A DNA stretch of 64,000 nucleotides from Lophium mytilinum. Taxonomy: Eukaryota. The translations under genes and the position numbers were made by a program. The first letter of the stretch is position 1, and every line of letters begins with the position of its first letter. The DNA lies in assembly GCA_010093605.1 (NCBI GenBank), contig MU004196.1, positions 1,448,606 through 1,512,605 on the forward strand, written 5' to 3'. This document shows, in pieces, positions 59,500 to 64,000 of the stretch. The notes under the pieces were generated by a model that was not told the DNA's origin, ran no database searches, and worked only from the letters and a program-made list of their open reading frames with translations.

Positions 59500-60390
59500 T
59501 TAGAAGAGGCCGTGAAGATACACGAACCGATCTACGAGCCGCTGCTCATGCTCAGCAAGGGGACCGTTGATTGGCAAACTCAACAACTGGCGCGCTTCTA
59601 GTTCAAGTTCTGACGCGCCGAATTTTGCGAGTTTTGTAGGAGTATCTTGATTTATGAGCGCCGCATCTTTGTCAGGCACTTCCCAATCATCCCAGTCAAC
59701 TGGCGCGTCATGAAGCTCCACCCTGTGTATCGCTGCGATTTTAGCAGGCGAAGGAAGTGACTTCGGCATGACTTTTACGGTGGCATCCTGCATGGCGATT
59801 TTTGTCTCGCTCTGACTATCACGATGGAGTACAAAAGCCACGCCACGGAGAGAATCGGCTTCGCGCTCGATTGGAATAATTATCCTGCGAAGGAACATCA
59901 TCCACGGGGCGCGGATGGTGACTGTCATGTATGGACAATCGATACGAAGGGTGGGTATTGCCATTGGTATCATATGACGACGAAACGGTGGCCTGCGTTT
60001 CGGATCGGAGACGTCTTCTACAGTCCAAGCAGTATTGGAGTCATCCAAGTACCACTTCGCGTCTGGATTCCGGATGATAGCGTAGATAGTCTCGGGCACA
60101 CCTACCATAGCCGGTTCCATACGAGTTATTGCATTGCTTGGGAAGAGGACCTTCACCTCCTTCCCAGACCATCGTGGACCATCCGGCGCTTTGATCCGGA
60201 GGCCGGGCCCAGTGAGAGTGTCGCCTGGGCGAAGCTCGTAGCTTACTGCCGGCCCTCCCGAGGAGATAGTAACTGTCGCGACGACGGAAAGCTTGTCGCT
60301 GGGGTAATATTCGGGCGATTTGAAGTTGAAGAGCGCGAGGAGACCCATGCTAGAAGTGGCAGTAGAAATGTTGTCAGCTTGTCCGAGCAT
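59500..60390 (-). CDS. RING-less array protein (uncharacterised N-terminal domain + helical C-terminal motif)
   Basis: 296-aa ORF; 'VATVTISSGGPAVSYELRPGD..GP', 'EVKVLFPSNA', tail 'ELEARQLLSLPINGPLAEHEQRLVDRFVYLHGLF*'. Confidence 0.78.
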   Translation of the reverse strand: MLGQADNISTATSSMGLLALFNFKSPEYYPSDKLSVVATVTISSGGPAVSYELRPGDTLTGPGLRIKAPDGPRWSGKEVKVLFPSNAITRMEPAMVGVPETIYAIIRNPDAKWYLDDSNTAWTVEDVSDPKRRPPFRRHMIPMAIPTLRIDCPYMTVTIRAPWMMFLRRIIIPIEREADSLRGVAFVLHRDSQSETKIAMQDATVKVMPKSLPSPAKIAAIHRVELHDAPVDWDDWEVPDKDAALINQDTPTKLAKFGASELELEARQLLSLPINGPLAEHEQRLVDRFVYLHGLF

Positions 60391-60818
60391 AGGCAGTATT
60401 CCAGGGGCTTTTTGGGAGGAAATTTTCCAAATTTTTCAGAGACAACATGGGCTTAAATGTACGAATATAGCAGCAATGTTCACTCATATCGACCTAGAAC
60501 AATAGCGCACTGTACCAGAGTGTTGGAATGTACATGAGGAAACAATCATCGATTGTACGTGTGAGTACAATATTGAGATAAAGTCTGGAATGAGATGGTA
60601 GCTTCGTCCAGTTTGGCGCAGGCTGCAAAGGAAACGGCGCGACCGACTGCCAGCCACAAGCGGAGAAAGCGTTGTTAGGTTTTGGTATCAGGAAAGACGT
60701 ATACTAGTACTGATGGCGAGGTCACGTTAAAGACATGAATAAAGTCGTATGGGGAAGAATATATTGTTGTACATTGGTTGAAAAGAAGGGAAGCATGCCC
60801 AACTCACCAGCTGTGAGC

Positions 60819-61430
60819 CTAGGGCGCGAGAATTGGCCGCTTTTTCCTTTTCCGAAATAGGACCACGCGACAATTTGGGCACGTGTTGATGCAGGTGTTT
60901 GGCCCGTTGGCCATCCCATCCAGGCAAGTTCGGCAGAAGACATGTCCGCAAGCCTTTAAAACCACGTGTGAATGGTCATTGGCGGGATCATGGTTCTCCA
61001 GGCACAGCGTGCACATCTCGGGGAGATTCTCACCGGGGGAGAACTCATCGGCAATATCGTCGATTACGATACGAGGACCGATGAACTCAAACTGGACGTC
61101 TTCGTAGAGGGGCTCGAACTCGTCCTCGTCCCCCTCTTCATCCGAAGACCCGACCAAAAATTCAGAAGGACGCCGTGAACCATAATCCAAGGGAAGGCTC
61201 GATAAGTCCCCTTCCACGTCATCGTAGAAATCCCATTCCGAAGACTGGTTGAACACCTGCCTCTGTTGAGATGGGACCGGCGTCAACGGTCGCCACGTGC
61301 TGGGTCTCCGGCGGTGATCGTGATCTCTCGCCAGCCGACGGTGCTCCACAGTTGTTGTTGTTATGTACTGGGTGGATGTATCCTCCGAGTCATATTCCTC
61401 TTCGTCAGAATAACGGAAAGGAGGTGCCAT
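60819..61430 (-). CDS. RING finger protein (C3HC4 type), disordered acidic N-terminus
   Basis: 'EDVQFEFIGPR' linker; CTLCLENHD..HSHVVLKACGHVFCRTC...CPNCR. Confidence 0.85.
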   Translation of the reverse strand: MAPPFRYSDEEEYDSEDTSTQYITTTTVEHRRLARDHDHRRRPSTWRPLTPVPSQQRQVFNQSSEWDFYDDVEGDLSSLPLDYGSRRPSEFLVGSSDEEGDEDEFEPLYEDVQFEFIGPRIVIDDIADEFSPGENLPEMCTLCLENHDPANDHSHVVLKACGHVFCRTCLDGMANGPNTCINTCPNCRVVLFRKRKKRPILAP

Positions 61431-61808
61431 TCTAGAAATGAAAGCTTTTTTGGAAGCGTTCGAGAGGCGTTTTGTTTTGTGATGTTGTGTAAGCGGATTC
61501 CTTGCTGGGAACTGTGTTGAGAGATGAAGCCAGCAACATTGCTTATATACAAAATTATTGTAAAGATATACAAGCAACGTTGAACATTGCAACAATGAAG
61601 GCTGCGAGAGAGCTGTGCATACACAGTGTCGGTATCGTGGAACTGCATTGTACATGTCGATGCAGACGCCGATTCGATGGCGATATGGGCCATCTTTCGA
61701 GAAGCCTGTGAGGTCTCAACGAGCGGATCATTTTCTCGTGGTAGAGTCGAAAACCAGGCGTTCTCGGTCTTCCGGACTCCCTCACTTCCTTGATGGCGCA
61801 CGTCATGC

Positions 61809-62041
61809 TACAGTGATAGGCCGTAAGTCTAAGCACACTGGTTCGCCACTGCTAGGGGCACCTCCCAACGGTTTGAGAAGATTTATAGGCAATTACCAGT
61901 CTTAAGCCGTGCAGATTAGACTGCCTCTTGACTAGTTAGCTGCTTAGCGGCTAGACTTACTCCCTACAATGGTGTCAAGTAAGCAACATTGAAGCCAAGC
62001 GGTGACAAAAACGTGGGCCCAGACTTATGGCGTAGTACTTA
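61809..62041 (+). mobile_element. MITE family A copy abutting the stop codon of the 62044-62568 gene
   Basis: TACAGTGATAGGCCGTAAGTCTAAGCACAC ... GGGCCCAGACTTATGGCGTAGTACTTA. Confidence 0.8.
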
Positions 62042-62043
62042 CC

Positions 62044-62568
62044 TTACGTGGTAGCGTTTTCTTTAATCTTGCTCTGACCCGTCTTCTCCGGTTTCGGAAA
62101 AATCGTCCACCTTCTCAAGCAAACCTCCCCTTCCGCTTCAATCTCAACCATGACATTGTTCCATTCAATCAGCACCGACGGAAAGTCTCTCGAGAATATG
62201 CGGTACTGTCGCTTTGGCAGCGCTTGCAATACACACTCCGGGCTCTGGTCCATCTCGCCCCTAGCTTTCGACATAGCTATGCGATGACTCGTGCCCTCAT
62301 CATGCATGACCGACACAACATCCTCGGATAATTCGATATCCGAAGGTTCTATGTAAACAGTTGCATCGCGCGGAAAATCGACGTCGATAGAAGGATCAGT
62401 AGGCAGCTGGAGGCGCGGGCACTGGAAGAGGAATGCGTCGTGGGGACCCCAGAAGTGGATGCGACCGGGGTACATCTCAAAGCGCTCTGTTGGACCGCCG
62501 GATAAGATACTTACGGTCGCTACGCTGGCAGGTCGAGGTTGTAGCTCCGGACGTTGATGGCTAGGCAT
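62044..62568 (-). CDS. Stand-alone array domain protein (no RING)
   Basis: 174-aa ORF; 'VATVSILSGGPTERFEMYPG...GP', 'IDVDFPRDATV', 'FPSVLIEW'. Confidence 0.68.
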   Translation of the reverse strand: MPSHQRPELQPRPASVATVSILSGGPTERFEMYPGRIHFWGPHDAFLFQCPRLQLPTDPSIDVDFPRDATVYIEPSDIELSEDVVSVMHDEGTSHRIAMSKARGEMDQSPECVLQALPKRQYRIFSRDFPSVLIEWNNVMVEIEAEGEVCLRRWTIFPKPEKTGQSKIKENATT

Positions 62569-62850
62569 TGCGATGAATGGTTAGGTTCGAAGTTATGAGG
62601 ATGAAGATTGGGGCAAAAATATCCGCGGAGAATGCGCTGTGGCGAAGTAAGGGTTGAGATATACATGTTCAATATAGGGATCACGAGATCTGGTGTGATG
62701 TCTTGGCGCCAGTGCGTGAGACCAAATTTTGTGACACAAAGAGAGAAAACAAACGCTAGTCACACGGAACGGGAGTTAGAAGTAGTCGGAAGAGACAAAA
62801 TTGCGTTCTTTGTGGCACGGGTGTTTGTGTGTGGAAGCAAGACAGAGACT

Positions 62851-63082
62851 TACAGTGACTGGCTATGAGCATGTGCACACCAGTTTGGCACCGCTCGGGG
62901 TACCCCCATAAAGTCCTGAGCTTCTAGGCGCGAAGTCAAGTTCCAAGCAGTGGGAATTAGACTGCTACTTGACTCACTACCTAATAATTGGCTGGGCTGC
63001 TCCTCTCAGTGGTGTCAGCTGAGCAAGATTGAAGCGGAACAGTAATCAATCTTTGTGTCCAGGCTCATGGCCTAGTAATGTA
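62851..63082 (+). mobile_element. MITE family A copy (diverged)
   Basis: TACAGTGACTGGCTATGAG ... GTGTCCAGGCTCATGGCCTAGTAATGTA; core gcagtgggaattagactgct. Confidence 0.75.
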
Positions 63083-63319
63083 GCTCAGTGTCTCGCCCAG
63101 TTCTCGAAGCAAATACGTGGGGAATCAAAGCATCCTGTTCGGCCCCTTTCTTCGGAGACAGAAGTTTCCAGGGCGTTCGATGTGGCTTTGTAGGGATACT
63201 GAGTCTCTTTGCGGTCGATAATTTTAGGTGTCAGCGAGCTAGGTGGTCCCCAAGGTAACATATGTGCATTTCGGCTAAGAATTAAGGAGGATAACAGAAA
63301 CCAAACCAAATCCTCAATA

Positions 63320-64000
63320 TTACTCGGGCTTTTGGCCATAACAGACCCAACTAGAACCACATTAGCGTAAGCTCCCTTCATATAGGTAGAGCGTACTCAC
63401 AAGTCCAACAGCGCATGCAAACCTTTGCTTTTCAACTCCGTCCGAACTTTCCCGCATAGAACCTCAACCTCCTCAGGCGACCATTTCAAGATTTGGGTCA
63501 TCAGTCGGAATGAAAAGCCTTCTAATCCATCGATGATCTGGCAAAGGTTGAAAAGGCCAATTTCCTTTTGTTTAGGGTCCTTCGCCCATGGTCCAATAGG
63601 GAGCTTATGTCGCTTCGCAACGACGTTGATGAAACCCGCATCTTTCATCCAGCCTTCAAGTAGCGGACCCGGATTCGGTTCGCGGCCGTTTTGAGCGGAT
63701 AGGTCGATTAGGATCTGGTCCCAGCGGGCAACTTCGTGCTTTTCGGTGAGTGAGCCGTCTTCGGAGTGGTATTTGAGGTTCCAGTCTTGGAATTCGACGA
63801 AGCCGCCCGGGGCAACGTTGCTGTGATGGCGTTAGCGGCGACGGTAGAGTAACGAATTAGAAGATGCGGTGCTACATACTCGAACGCACTTTTGATTAGC
63901 TTTGGCCAATCCTGAATCGCGCAACATAGATATCTGGCAAAGATGAAGTCGAAAGGTGCGGTGTAAGTCCACGTGCTTTCGAGGTCGTCTACTTCGAATT
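63320..64000 (-). CDS. SAM-dependent methyltransferase (LaeA-like/Methyltransf_23), 5' part outside window
   Basis: 'FEVDDLESTWTY..PFDFIFAR', 'APGGFVEFQD', 'DAGFINV', 'LPIGPWAKDPKQKEIG', 'WSPEEVEV'; last exon 'WVCYGQKPE*'. Confidence 0.9.

Overview
Fungal (filamentous ascomycete, Pezizomycotina-type) genomic DNA with short GT-AG introns and one 25-N gap. The left part has lipid/CoA metabolism genes: a Zn2Cys6 transcription factor, a peroxisomal acyl-CoA oxidase (SKL), a transferase-family acyltransferase, a PTS1-type acyl-CoA synthetase and an SDR. These are interleaved with accessory, non-self-recognition-type genes (HET, ankyrin, HET-ankyrin, F-box-like orphans). Four features stand out. 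(1) A 9-exon gene of about 1372 aa (21243-25838) splices in frame into an intact kinase, a Kin4-derived pseudokinase, and integrated fragments resembling eisosome Eis1/Seg1, PWI and CorA proteins; a duplicated intron brackets one insert. (2) A co-oriented, intronless array of nine genes (50131-62568) mixes RING E3 ligases with RING-less paralogues sharing an uncharacterised beta-rich N-terminal domain. (3) Three MITE-like families are present, one with CAC termini and a 5-bp TSD (Transib-like). (4) The main MITE family has a strong orientation bias at gene 3' ends. All family assignments come from motif recognition by eye, not database searches.
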